Virus record (IMG/VR): IMGVR_UViG_3300022602_003048
Coordinates: 1 to 64,000 of that record
Strand: one strand, 5' to 3'
Origin: a virus
DNA: 64,000 nucleotides
The position numbers and the translations under genes are program-made. Shown here piece after piece: positions 38,708 through 48,273 of the stretch (position 1 is the first letter of the stretch; every line of letters starts with the position of its first letter). The notes under the pieces are model-generated. The model was not told the DNA's origin and did not search any database. It saw nothing but the letters and a program-made list of their open reading frames with translations.

Positions 38708-39435
38708 TTGGTTTGTGCTGGAATGTAATAATTGTATTTTGCGATACCGCTATCTACAGTAACCAATGCTACACCGTCGTCGCTAAATTTGACAGTCTTG
38801 TCTCCGTCTAGGTTCAGTATACTGATGAACTGTGATACCGGATAGCTCCAGTTCTGCCTAAGTTTTCCCGTGATTCCTGTTTGGAACACGAAGCTGCCTT
38901 CGTGCGTGTTTGCATCACCGAAGAATATTTTCAAGGAATCGTTATCAGTCTTGACCATAAACACAGTTTCTTCAGAATGTGCCGCTGCCTGTAACTTGAG
39001 CCTATTGATACTAGCAACTGCTGGCCCAAACTCAACCTGCCAAGATGCTCCTTTGAATTTCACAGTCTTTAGTTTTTCGTTGATAAGTTCAGTGCCCATG
39101 AGCTTGTAATCGTTCTTGAAATCGCCAGCAGCATTTTCAAAATGTATCATGACTGGACGATTTTCACCGTTGCGCACTTCCCAAACAACTTGGATGTCTG
39201 CGCCGTCTTTGTATTCTGGATTCTTTAGATGCAGATCTAGCTTGTTTAGATCTGGTAATCCAAACGTCCCCTTGAATTCCTTTACTGCGTTGTTTGTTTC
39301 TGCTTGCACGATGACCGAACGATTCTCAGCCAATGCTTCGATATTGGTCTTGTCATCGTCACCTAATATTTTTACTAAATCGATGAAGCCTAATGCGTGT
39401 GTATGTGCTACTAAATCTTTAAGAATGTCTTTCAT
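38704..39435 (-). CDS. DNA polymerase sliding clamp (gp45-like)
   Basis: Size, beta-rich pattern and position next to PolB; GGAG before ATG 39435. Confidence 0.7.
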   Translation of the reverse strand: MKDILKDLVAHTHALGFIDLVKILGDDDKTNIEALAENRSVIVQAETNNAVKEFKGTFGLPDLNKLDLHLKNPEYKDGADIQVVWEVRNGENRPVMIHFENAAGDFKNDYKLMGTELINEKLKTVKFKGASWQVEFGPAVASINRLKLQAAAHSEETVFMVKTDNDSLKIFFGDANTHEGSFVFQTGITGKLRQNWSYPVSQFISILNLDGDKTVKFSDDGVALVTVDSGIAKYNYYIPAQTK

Positions 39436-39455
39436 ATGAATCTCCATGTGTTATG

Positions 39456-39484
39456 ATTATATTTAGGTTTTGTCTAAGAGTCAA
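39456..39484 (-). promoter_or_regulatory. Composite promoter: sigma70 with overlapping TAAATA box
   Basis: TTGACT-N17-TATAAT with CCTAAATA overlapping the -10. Confidence 0.7.
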
Positions 39485-39491
39485 GATAATT

Positions 39492-42158
39492 TTAGAACTC
39501 AAATAGCTTGTTGAAAGTGTTAGTTTGTTCAGTGCTGACCACGTCCCATTCCAAAACTCCGATGAGATTGTCTAGTTTAGCGTCAATGATGGTAGCTTCC
39601 ATCTCAGCATCATCAAAAGGTAGATCCTTAAACCATTGGGGTAAGCGCAATTCATCTACAGGATACGCTACGCTGTTGAACCCCATTGGATTGTTTTTCA
39701 GCTTACAGACGATGACTTTAGCACCATCGCTGATGCTCATGGCATAATTATCGCTGTACATCTTCTTGAGCGTGTTCCAATTGATGCTTGCCCGAACGTG
39801 ACCAGGCATATTTGCTTTTCCTGCCTTAGCTTCTTTCTTGCTATAGTCAGTAATATTGTTGGCACGTTTAGGGCTTCCCTTCTCCCAACCAGGTCGTCCC
39901 TTAAAGGCAGTGCGGAAGTCAGTGATCATCTCCAGTATCTCTTCTTCCTTATGACCAGTCAGCACGCTTTCTAATACTTCACTAAGGAAGTTCTGTATAA
40001 ATTCTGGAGTATCCGAACGCTTGAGATCCAATCCCATGGCTTTAATCTTACCAGGTTTATCATTATTATCGTAACGCTTGCCTTCTTTATCGTAATAGAG
40101 GACGGCATAGCGTTTCTTAGTGATGAACAGTCCCTTGATAGCCACGATCTCTCGCCCAGCCTTGATCACATCACCTCTGCTCTTTGGGCAATGGAACGCA
40201 TCTAGCATGAACTTAGGGAATGTTCCGTTTACTTCTTCAGCTATCTGATCATAGAGCTGTATGACATTATCCTTAGACCAAGGTATCACACCTTTATCTA
40301 TGTCTTTCTTTAGGGTAGTGTATGCTGAGAAATACACAGAGTCAGTATCGCCATATATGATGCTCTTGCCTATGTGATCATTTACGCCTGTTATCACTTC
40401 GTTCACTTTTCCGGCCATGTGCTTGGCTATGCTCCTACCAGTCAGTGTAGTTGACTGTCCGATGCGTTTATCAAAGAATCGGCATCCTGGATTTAGGATA
40501 GCACCATATAAGCTGTTGAGATTGATCTTCTTTACTAACTGTCGCTTATCCCAGAATTCAGTTTCTATCTTGTTACCGGCGTTTAGTGATTCGCGCATCT
40601 TGGCCTGTAGTTCCTTGCGCTCAGCATACCAACGCTTTAGCAGTCCAGGTATAACCCCCTCAAACTCATAGGTAAAGATAGTACCGTTGGCACTGAGCAT
40701 CCAGGGTTGGTTGCTGTCATAGATCATCTTATAGATCTCTGCACCACTCATCACTACGCTTTCGCCGTTTTCCCAGTCAACAGTTATATCAGTAGCCTTG
40801 TCTTGAGACATGACTATATCGTATTCCAAACAGGCAAACTTACCCTCCCATGCGCTTGCGAAACTCTTTTTATGCACGGTTATCTGTTCGTCTATGTATG
40901 CATCTGTGTAGGTCTGGCGCAGTTGTCCAACAATGGTTTCTGGAGCCATGTTTAGCGCACGGATGGCTGATGGATATAGGCTGTTTAGATCCATTGATCC
41001 AATCCAGTCATGCAATCCTTTTTTTGGATATGCGACATAGGCGCCTGCTGCCTGTGTGTTCTCGCTGTCATCACGTTTTGGACGATTGGGCACTATCAAG
41101 CCACGGCGATGTGCTTCATTGATGATAGCCTGTTCAGTAACAGCGACAGCACCCATGGTAGTCTGTAGCAGAACCGTGTTAGCATGGGCTAGTTCGTTGC
41201 TGAGATCGATGAATTTGAGTTTTTTATCTAATTTATCTAGCAATGCTACGTCTTGCCTGTTGTATTCGATGAACTTTCGGAAGTCGTTATTATATAGGCT
41301 GTCTAGCGTGCCTTCGTATACGGTTTTCTTTTCCCCTATCTCCATTTCGCCGATAGCATCGAGTCGATAGGTGTGTCTTTCTTCATAGGTATATTTGCGA
41401 TACAGTTCTAAGCTATCTAGGTGTACTCTACCTACTAGGTCGTAGGTAATAAGCTGCCGACCATATTTCTCAAATTCACGCTTTTTTGGAAACTCGTTCC
41501 AGAGGCAGAAACGGCGTGTATCTTCTTTGCTCAACACTCGTGCTACGCGATTCACAGTGTAGGGAATATCGTAACCTTCGCTGTTCCAACCACTTAGTAT
41601 GTCTGCATCCTCGATGAGATCTAAGAATGTTTCTAGCATATCTGCTTCGCTGTCAAATATGAAACAGTCGTTGAATTCCTCACACTGTTTCTTTGCTTCT
41701 TCTACAGACAGTCTCTTTGGGGGTACTGCTAGAGTGACTAACCTCTCTAACCACTGCAGATGCACTGTTATGGCAGTGATGCCCATGAACGGATCGCTAG
41801 GATCTGCGAAGCCACGTTCTGGATCAAAGTCTGTCTCGATGTCAAAGAACGCTACGTTCAGCTTCGGAGCATCTAGGTTTAGATAGTTTTCTTCGAGGCA
41901 GCGGAAAGCTGGATTGATATCACTTTCATAAAGGCGTTTGGTTCCGTGTATCTTTAATTCTTTATGGAAATCTTTGAGATTTCGGGCAGTTACTCTACCC
42001 AACTTCTCACCGTAAACACTTTCGTGCTTGCCCTTAGGGTCGGGATAATAAAATATATAACGAGCAGGATATTCTTTATATAATCGTTTGCCGTTTACAC
42101 GTTCAACTACTTTAACAGATTCATCATCTCTCTTATAGAGAGCATCTACATAACTCAT
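39492..42158 (-). CDS. Family B DNA polymerase (gp43-like)
   Basis: FDIET exo I, YN..D exo III, DLNSLYPS, K...NSLYG, YGDTDS, KKRY. Confidence 0.98.
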   Translation of the reverse strand: MSYVDALYKRDDESVKVVERVNGKRLYKEYPARYIFYYPDPKGKHESVYGEKLGRVTARNLKDFHKELKIHGTKRLYESDINPAFRCLEENYLNLDAPKLNVAFFDIETDFDPERGFADPSDPFMGITAITVHLQWLERLVTLAVPPKRLSVEEAKKQCEEFNDCFIFDSEADMLETFLDLIEDADILSGWNSEGYDIPYTVNRVARVLSKEDTRRFCLWNEFPKKREFEKYGRQLITYDLVGRVHLDSLELYRKYTYEERHTYRLDAIGEMEIGEKKTVYEGTLDSLYNNDFRKFIEYNRQDVALLDKLDKKLKFIDLSNELAHANTVLLQTTMGAVAVTEQAIINEAHRRGLIVPNRPKRDDSENTQAAGAYVAYPKKGLHDWIGSMDLNSLYPSAIRALNMAPETIVGQLRQTYTDAYIDEQITVHKKSFASAWEGKFACLEYDIVMSQDKATDITVDWENGESVVMSGAEIYKMIYDSNQPWMLSANGTIFTYEFEGVIPGLLKRWYAERKELQAKMRESLNAGNKIETEFWDKRQLVKKINLNSLYGAILNPGCRFFDKRIGQSTTLTGRSIAKHMAGKVNEVITGVNDHIGKSIIYGDTDSVYFSAYTTLKKDIDKGVIPWSKDNVIQLYDQIAEEVNGTFPKFMLDAFHCPKSRGDVIKAGREIVAIKGLFITKKRYAVLYYDKEGKRYDNNDKPGKIKAMGLDLKRSDTPEFIQNFLSEVLESVLTGHKEEEILEMITDFRTAFKGRPGWEKGSPKRANNITDYSKKEAKAGKANMPGHVRASINWNTLKKMYSDNYAMSISDGAKVIVCKLKNNPMGFNSVAYPVDELRLPQWFKDLPFDDAEMEATIIDAKLDNLIGVLEWDVVSTEQTNTFNKLFEF

Positions 42159-42172
42159 TCATTTGTCTCCTA

Positions 42173-42244
42173 TTGCGATTTGTGGCTCGCAAAATACCAA
42201 TAGCGTGGTTTATGGCCCAACCTACCTTGCTCACAGTTACTTAT
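42173..42244 (-). promoter_or_regulatory. polB leader: ATAAGTA box plus two hairpins with GCCAYAAA loops abutting the SD
   Basis: TTGCGA-GCCACAAA-TCGCAA then TAGGAG; upstream TAG..TGG-GCCATAAA-CCA..CTA. Confidence 0.6.
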
Positions 42245-42501
42245 CAGACGTCCTTGCCTGTGGTAACTAAAATACTCTCTAGTTCTGCGAATTCTTCGTT
42301 TACTGCACCCCAGTTACGCTTATACGCGACCGAGATAGCCTTGTTTAGCAGTGCTGGTTTGATATCTAGTTCTTCTGCTACTGCTTTGACGGTGTCTTTC
42401 ATACCGCCCTTGAGGTCATCAACTTCCTGCAATACCTGCACACATTGATCGATAACGCTCAACAATTTTGCTTTTTCTTCAGATCCGTAAGTGCGACTCA
42501 T
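42244..42501 (-). CDS. Small dsDNA-binding protein (T4 DsbA/GapR-like)
   Basis: 85-aa helical; D.K..KD.....E.DIKP..LNK pattern. Confidence 0.55.
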   Translation of the reverse strand: MSRTYGSEEKAKLLSVIDQCVQVLQEVDDLKGGMKDTVKAVAEELDIKPALLNKAISVAYKRNWGAVNEEFAELESILVTTGKDV

Positions 42502-42522
42502 CTATCTCTCCTTATTTTCTAT

Positions 42523-42551
42523 AGTATACAGGAACGATGGACTAAGGTCAA
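42523..42551 (-). promoter_or_regulatory. sigma70-type promoter
   Basis: TTGACC-N17-TATACT with TG just upstream of the -10. Confidence 0.7.
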
Positions 42552-42554
42552 TGT

Positions 42555-43121
42555 TTATGTTAGTCCTATGATCATGTAGCGATCGTATTCTGTTTCTGGA
42601 TCTTCTAGAGTTATAGTCCCCTCAAACATCAATTCACGCAGTGGATAATCTCTCCGGAATTGTTCTAGGCTATCATACTGATTGACCGCACCGAGATCGT
42701 TGTTCCTACCCTGAAGAGCTACTAACGTGTTTTTCGGAATCGCATCAAACCATCCATCGTTTTTCATGTTAGTTGTGCTTGTGTTTATTATCAAGCTCTT
42801 TTTAGTCACTTGCCTGTAGTCTAGGTCGTTCGCATCTTTGAGCATGTCTACGATGCGATCGTGCAGACCTAATTTCTTGGCGAATCGCTTTCCGTCTCTT
42901 AATACTCTAGGATCTGTCTCTACGTTTATTATCTTGTTAAAATCCCAGTGCTTAGATATCAGCATGATGCTGAGATTGCCGTACCAGCTACCCAATATAT
43001 AAATAACATCAAATCTATCACTTATCTTAGTGATTTCTTTTATCAACCAGAGTTTGCTAAACACTAGATCTCGTGTAAAACTACCTTCTAAAGTGTTTGG
43101 ACTGACTTCATTTATCTTCAT
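42555..43121 (-). CDS. Class I methyltransferase-like protein with MKINEV N-tag
   Basis: SKLWL, LGSWYG, INTS, LQG.N, RYMIIG; paralogue of 2456-3085. Confidence 0.75.
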   Translation of the reverse strand: MKINEVSPNTLEGSFTRDLVFSKLWLIKEITKISDRFDVIYILGSWYGNLSIMLISKHWDFNKIINVETDPRVLRDGKRFAKKLGLHDRIVDMLKDANDLDYRQVTKKSLIINTSTTNMKNDGWFDAIPKNTLVALQGRNNDLGAVNQYDSLEQFRRDYPLRELMFEGTITLEDPETEYDRYMIIGLT

Positions 43122-43296
43122 CGTCCCACCGAGTTTCTATATCTTTTACTATGTCTATGTAGCGCCTGAGAGGATTATTTGATTTCAGTCTCTTATCCTT
43201 GGCCAGTGTTTCGAGACCCCGCGCACCCGGACTGACTGGGTCCTTTATCTGTTTCTTGATATCTTCGACTCCTGGAGATCCCTTGATCTTCTTCAT
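43108..43296 (-). CDS. Hypothetical small basic protein
   Basis: ORF fills gap in operon. Confidence 0.5.
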   Translation of the reverse strand: MKKIKGSPGVEDIKKQIKDPVSPGARGLETLAKDKRLKSNNPLRRYIDIVKDIETRWDDEDK

Positions 43297-43297
43297 A

Positions 43298-44056
43298 TTA
43301 GATTCCGTAGGTGCTCTTGACAGCATTGTAGTTGGCTGTAACCTGTGTTTGATTCAATGCTATATTATAGACACGCATCTGATAATAGGTTCCGACGCAC
43401 GCATCCATTGGAGTGCTTGAGGTTCCTGCGTTTGGATGCCTAGATCCAAAATTTAGGCCGGTAGAGGTGCTTCCTGGATTAGCATATAGCGTTTGGCTAG
43501 CAGTCTGCAAACTACCGTTGATGTATAGCTTCAAGCTAGGGGTAGCATCGACGGTAACTATTATCTGTCTTATGTTTCCAGTATTTGCCGAAATGCTGTA
43601 AGAATTTGCAGCAGCTGAACCACCTATGCTAAGCAATGAAGAGCCGCTCCAATATGCGAGATATCCCTTAGAGGCAGTGTAGCTCTCATTGCCCCACAGC
43701 GACGACCAATAGGCTGATGGATTTAAATTTACGATAACTTCTACAGTAAAAGGTACTACTAAATTGTATGTGGTGGCTATCATGGCCATATTAGTAATCT
43801 GAGAAGGACCTAGTATCAATCCGCCGTTATGCGCAGAAGTATATGTAGCAGATCCTGTACCTGTTTTTATTATAGTACCATTATTGCCATAACCGCTAAC
43901 ATCAGTCCAAGAAATTCCTGAACTAGGAGCGTTCAAAAGATTCATGACCAGCCCAGTACTAGTACCGGTCCAGGTATTACCTACCGGTCCTTTGCTAGCT
44001 GAAACAACAGTTGCAATCTTGCTGATAGCAGTAGTTCGGCCTGGCTTACGGAACAT
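43298..44056 (-). CDS. LamG/concanavalin-like domain virion protein
   Basis: WTDVSG.GNNGT, LYING, RVYN.AL...V..NY. Confidence 0.82.
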   Translation of the reverse strand: MFRKPGRTTAISKIATVVSASKGPVGNTWTGTSTGLVMNLLNAPSSGISWTDVSGYGNNGTIIKTGTGSATYTSAHNGGLILGPSQITNMAMIATTYNLVVPFTVEVIVNLNPSAYWSSLWGNESYTASKGYLAYWSGSSLLSIGGSAAANSYSISANTGNIRQIIVTVDATPSLKLYINGSLQTASQTLYANPGSTSTGLNFGSRHPNAGTSSTPMDACVGTYYQMRVYNIALNQTQVTANYNAVKSTYGI

Positions 44057-44057
44057 A

Positions 44058-44351
44058 TCAAGCCAATTCTGTTATGCTGATATAACCACTAGTGGTAACC
44101 TGCAGGAAAGCAATGTAAGTAAAGCCTGTTCCTGTGCCTACGGCTATGAATTCTATCTGACCAGCTGGAATGATCATGCTGCTATTTGTAGCAGTAACAC
44201 TAGATCCGCCTAGGGCTATATAAGTATCTGCTTGCACAGCTACCCTTATGACGCTAGTTGATGTGCCAAATGCAGCTGAAACTTGGCTGCTGCCTGAAGT
44301 AGCAAAGTTCTGCGTAGTGCCTGGTGCGTAGGCGCCTTTTCTTAGTAACAT
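44058..44351 (-). CDS. Small beta-rich structural protein
   Basis: 97 aa, S/T/G/A-rich; GAGG SD. Confidence 0.6.
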   Translation of the reverse strand: MLLRKGAYAPGTTQNFATSGSSQVSAAFGTSTSVIRVAVQADTYIALGGSSVTATNSSMIIPAGQIEFIAVGTGTGFTYIAFLQVTTSGYISITELA

Positions 44352-44361
44352 ATTAGTTTCC

Positions 44362-44583
44362 TCATTTCTTTATGGGACGACAGTCATTGACCATCTTGCC
44401 GCCTTTTTTCTTCAATCCTGCTTTACGATATCCAGACCAGCAGTGCGTGTTTCCGTTATCATCGGCTTTCTCGTTGATACCTTCAGATTTGATAGAGAGA
44501 GAAGATAACCTTCCGGATAGATTCTCTCCGAGACCGTGCTTATGGTTTAGTTCTATCGCTTTTTCAAGCTCAGTTATTTTCAT
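44362..44583 (-). CDS. Small tagged protein (MKITEL) with CWxGY..KGG..VNDC module
   Basis: ATAAATA-N5-ATG; module shared with 44883-46109. Confidence 0.7.
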   Translation of the reverse strand: MKITELEKAIELNHKHGLGENLSGRLSSLSIKSEGINEKADDNGNTHCWSGYRKAGLKKKGGKMVNDCRPIKK

Positions 44584-44878
44584 GCAGATATTTATCTGTT
44601 CGCCTGTGATAGGCTAGATACCATCTGACATATCTGAGTAGTTCGCCGCCATTTGATCTGATCTGTTTTTCGTTATGCTTCTTGATCTTTTTGGCTTTAG
44701 AGCTTATCTCTTTTAGGAATCTAGGATCAGAGCTACTGCGCCACTGGCTAAGGTCCATATATTGTGCTGCTTGGGATTTTAGGTTTGAATATCTAGGCCT
44801 ATTCTCAACGTCTTCCAACAGATAATCCCAGTCGGACCAATCTATCTCAGTCCAACTACTTAAAGTATCGTAGCGCAT
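44570..44878 (-). CDS. Hypothetical protein
   Basis: AGGAG SD. Confidence 0.6.
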   Translation of the reverse strand: MRYDTLSSWTEIDWSDWDYLLEDVENRPRYSNLKSQAAQYMDLSQWRSSSDPRFLKEISSKAKKIKKHNEKQIRSNGGELLRYVRWYLAYHRRTDKYLHENN

Positions 44879-44882
44879 TTGC

Positions 44883-46109
44883 TTACTCCTTATGGTGTTT
44901 TTTCTGTCCAGAGCGCATGTTAGCCATCCAACGGGCTAGTTGTCCTTTGCGACCCTTAGCGTGGCTTGCTTTCTCTAGCTCTGACTTGGTGGCGTGCTTT
45001 GGGATACCGTGCCTAGCACTATCTCCTGCTCGTCCTGGACCTTTGCCATCGGCAAAGTTCTCGTTAGTTGGAGCAGAAACTTTTTTCTTGTATACGTATA
45101 GTTTGTAACCTGAAGCATCATCGCTAAAAATCTTTTTCTGTTGGACTGGATCAGTTACAGCCTTAAAACCCATCTGCTCAAAGAATTTTGCTGCCCTATC
45201 ATATAACTTGATTCTGCTTGGTTCGTTTGATTTTGCACCCATGACAATTACTTCGGTTTTAGGATGTCTTGCAATAAAGTGGTTCAAGCAATAGGCAACA
45301 CCATTGAATATTTTAAAAACAGTATCTCTTTCAGTACCAGTTGCAGCATGGGTATCAGGTCTACTCTGCGTTTTATTTTCAAATGCCAATATATAATAAT
45401 TTTCATTATATTCTTTAAATGTGACTTCGATTTTGGTTTTACCAACGGTGAAATCATAATCAGAACCGTAACTATCTTCATACACATCAAAGTTCTCTGG
45501 CGCTTTGTTTACGTCGATAAATTCTCCGATCACTTCTTTTTTAGCTATCGCTATAGCTGCTTGCTGTGCGGCATTAGCTGCTTCATCTATGTCTTCATTT
45601 GGTACACAGTTGTTGACACGGATACCGCCCTTGATCTTAGTGCCTTCCTTGTGCTTGCCAGTCCAGCATTTTGGATCTAAACGCTGTTTCGTCTCAGCGA
45701 TATAAGCCTCAGCATATACTATGAGATCGCGCATCTCTTCGATGCTCTCGCAGTGCCACTTGCGCAGGCTCTTGTTGATCCTTGAGTTTGGATCATGTGC
45801 AGTCTTGGCGCCAGTGCGATGTTTCTTCATGCCACGCATGCGAGCACAGAAGCTCTTGCGACGCTTGCTAGCCTTGCTGCCCTTCTTGAGCTTGCTAGGC
45901 TTTGTAGTGACTGCTGTCTGTAAATGGCTACCTGGATGGCTGCGGCGATAGCTAGCAACGCCCTTCTTGTTGAGGCCGCCGTTCTTGTTCTTGCCTTTCT
46001 TGGTCTGCCAAGCTTCTGCTTCGTCTATCGGATCGTTGCAGCCGCAATCACATTCGGCATTACCTATGCATTCTCTGAGATTTTCTGATAAGATTTCTCT
46101 GAATTTCAT
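44883..46109 (-). CDS. Modular tagged protein (MKFREI), putative internal head polyprotein
   Basis: Basic and other modules separated by IDE/IAE/IGE/TNE sites. Confidence 0.75.
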   Translation of the reverse strand: MKFREILSENLRECIGNAECDCGCNDPIDEAEAWQTKKGKNKNGGLNKKGVASYRRSHPGSHLQTAVTTKPSKLKKGSKASKRRKSFCARMRGMKKHRTGAKTAHDPNSRINKSLRKWHCESIEEMRDLIVYAEAYIAETKQRLDPKCWTGKHKEGTKIKGGIRVNNCVPNEDIDEAANAAQQAAIAIAKKEVIGEFIDVNKAPENFDVYEDSYGSDYDFTVGKTKIEVTFKEYNENYYILAFENKTQSRPDTHAATGTERDTVFKIFNGVAYCLNHFIARHPKTEVIVMGAKSNEPSRIKLYDRAAKFFEQMGFKAVTDPVQQKKIFSDDASGYKLYVYKKKVSAPTNENFADGKGPGRAGDSARHGIPKHATKSELEKASHAKGRKGQLARWMANMRSGQKKHHKE

Positions 46110-46112
46110 AGC

Positions 46113-46592
46113 TTACCTCTTGACATTCTTCCACATCGCTGCGGCAGCTACTTTTTCGCCTTTTTCTTTAGAGCCATACTTCTTGGCAGCTTTGTCTGCT
46201 ATTGCTTTGAATCCTTTACCCTTCTTGCCAATATCTTTACCTGCATGGGCTTTCTTAGCTACTGCTGATTTCTTCTTCTTGCTGAGACCCGCAGACGGCT
46301 TAGATTCTATCAGTTGATTCTCAAGATTACGATGTAGTGCTTCCATGTATTCCTCGCCTACTGGTTCGTTCGTACCGTATTGTTTTTCATACATCATGTA
46401 ATCATGCACTGTGTTTAGATAATCTGCTGCTTTAGTGATCTTGGCAGCTACCCAGCCCTCTAGATTTTCGCCTGGTTCTATCATCTTGAATAGTTCCATA
46501 GCGTTCTTTATAGCATTGTAAAGCTCACCTCTCGCCATGCTAGCTTCATGATCGTGTGTTCCGTAATCAGTTGGTTCGTGCATATCGTGCAT
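46113..46592 (-). CDS. Modular protein with helical domain and Lys-rich C-terminal module
   Basis: WVAAKITKAADYL domain; LIE site then basic module. Confidence 0.7.
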   Translation of the reverse strand: MHDMHEPTDYGTHDHEASMARGELYNAIKNAMELFKMIEPGENLEGWVAAKITKAADYLNTVHDYMMYEKQYGTNEPVGEEYMEALHRNLENQLIESKPSAGLSKKKKSAVAKKAHAGKDIGKKGKGFKAIADKAAKKYGSKEKGEKVAAAAMWKNVKR

Positions 46593-46601
46593 GGCAATAT
46601 C

Positions 46602-46859
46602 CTATCTCTTTATGGATGGGCCGCCGAATAGGCTAGTGCCCTTCATATCTAATGCGTTTACAGCAGTACCCATCTTGGTCTTTGGTTGTACTGCTTTTGG
46701 GGGTTTCGGTGCTTTGGTTCCGCTCTTGCCAGGGGATCCTGTATAGCTCTTGTTTCCTCGGGCTTTTCCTATAGCTACGTTTGGATTGACGACAGTAGCT
46801 ATGCTGCCTGCTGAAGTAGCACCTGCTGAAGCATACTCAAATAACTCTTTTATCTTCAT
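46602..46859 (-). CDS. Small tagged protein (MKIKELFE)
   Basis: ATAAATA-N5-ATG. Confidence 0.7.
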   Translation of the reverse strand: MKIKELFEYASAGATSAGSIATVVNPNVAIGKARGNKSYTGSPGKSGTKAPKPPKAVQPKTKMGTAVNALDMKGTSLFGGPSIKR

Positions 46860-46890
46860 AGAAATATTTATCTCTGAATCAGATAAGAAG

Positions 46891-46915
46891 GTGCGGGAGA
46901 TTGGATCTCCCGCAC
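46891..46915 (-). terminator. Intrinsic terminator of the nuclease gene
   Basis: Perfect 11-bp stem GTGCGGGAGAT/ATCTCCCGCAC, 3-nt loop, CTTCTT tail on minus strand. Confidence 0.7.
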
Positions 46916-46938
46916 TGATATATTATTAAAGATCGATA

Positions 46939-47775
46939 TTAGTCTTCGGTGCCTGGTGCGCCCTTGCAAGCTGCCTTCTTAGCATCGGCAGTCTTCTTTA
47001 GATCCACTGGCCAAACTGCTGCGGCTGGCTTGGTCTTGTCAGTGCCTGGGGGGACAGGGAAACTGATACCTGTAGCCTGTTCGATGCTAGCGATGCTAAC
47101 CAAATGTGCTGGTAGATCGATAGGTTGTGAAGCTACCTGTGGGAAAGTGAAAGCCAGCACCTGTTTGGTATTGTCGTCGATCACGATCTTGTAGAGGAAG
47201 TCTGGAACTACGACATTGTCTGCACCGATAGTCTTGCTCTTGCCCACTGTGTAGATGTTACCTGCATATACTGTGTAGTTATGACCATTTCCATAAGTCC
47301 ATGCACGCACGTTGCTTTCTAGAGCTTTCCAGATACCGCGGTTTAGGTTTGGTAACTGTGGACTCATGTTTGACATTAGGAATGATTCGTATTCAACCTG
47401 TGTATCCCAGCTCATGTCACCGTCTGGAGCAAGATGTCCTTGGTCATATCCTGAACCAGCGTAATCAGATGGTTTAGAACCGTTAGCACCAAGGATAGTA
47501 TCAGCTACGAATGCATTTGTGCGAGGAACACATCCGATAGCGTGTTGCGGGGTGAGCGTATATGCTACCCAAGCTGGTATCTTAGCTGCATTGTCGTGCT
47601 GTAGGGCATACCCAGTGTGGCATTCCACAACAGTGTTTGCTTTATTTAGAACCGGCGCACCATATGGTACCTGTGCTGCGCAAGCTGTGATCGGTTGGTT
47701 GGGTTTTTGATCCCAAGCAAATACTGCACCTGTGAATCCTAGGAACAATAATGCTGATATTACTATTTTCTTCAT
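46939..47775 (-). CDS. Secreted DNA/RNA non-specific endonuclease (NucA/EndoG family)
   Basis: Signal peptide ending AVFA; DQGHL, SNMSPQ..LNRGIW..LE. Confidence 0.92.
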   Translation of the reverse strand: MKKIVISALLFLGFTGAVFAWDQKPNQPITACAAQVPYGAPVLNKANTVVECHTGYALQHDNAAKIPAWVAYTLTPQHAIGCVPRTNAFVADTILGANGSKPSDYAGSGYDQGHLAPDGDMSWDTQVEYESFLMSNMSPQLPNLNRGIWKALESNVRAWTYGNGHNYTVYAGNIYTVGKSKTIGADNVVVPDFLYKIVIDDNTKQVLAFTFPQVASQPIDLPAHLVSIASIEQATGISFPVPPGTDKTKPAAAVWPVDLKKTADAKKAACKGAPGTED

Positions 47776-47789
47776 GCTATCTCCTTTTG

Positions 47790-47805
47790 CATAAGTATAC
47801 TTATG
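47790..47805. promoter_or_regulatory. Perfect 16-bp palindrome with two divergent ATAAGTA boxes
   Basis: CATAAGTATACTTATG; last 3 nt are the ATG of 47803. Confidence 0.7.
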
Positions 47806-48273
47806 ACTATTAAAGTAACAGATATTTATTCCAGAATCAAGAATAATCTATCTCTGGAAAATGCAAAAAAAGCACTATGGTTTTCAGCTGGTATCATATT
47901 CCTAGGTATAGCTTATCTAGGGACGTTTGTTCCTGGATTACCTTGGTCAACTCCGAGCCTGTTAGCTGCATGGTGCTTTAGCAAAAGCAGCAAGCGTTTT
48001 CACGACTACATGCTCAACCATAGACTTTTTGGACCGTTCATAAAGAACTGGAGCAGTGGGAGGGTATTTCCTAAGATCGCTAAGTGGCTCATGTTCTTGA
48101 GCATGGATGGTAGTTTAGTGATCATGTGGTTTACAACACATAATGTGAAACTAGTTGTAGGTATGGCAGTGTTTTTTGCTTTGATATTGATTTGGGCAAG
48201 TCGTTATCCAGGATCTAAGGAAGAAGCTGATCGCAGGATAGCAGCCGGCGAAAAATTAGGTTGGTTTAAGTAG
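47803..48273 (+). CDS. YbaN/DUF454-family membrane protein
   Basis: G..G.F.PGLP.TP..LLAA.CF.KSS.RFH..L.H..FGP.I..W. Confidence 0.85.
   Translation: MTIKVTDIYSRIKNNLSLENAKKALWFSAGIIFLGIAYLGTFVPGLPWSTPSLLAAWCFSKSSKRFHDYMLNHRLFGPFIKNWSSGRVFPKIAKWLMFLSMDGSLVIMWFTTHNVKLVVGMAVFFALILIWASRYPGSKEEADRRIAAGEKLGWFK

Noticed and set aside
39492-42158. Intein or intron in PolB
   Set aside because: 888 aa with contiguous motifs; no splice-junction or homing-endonuclease signature.
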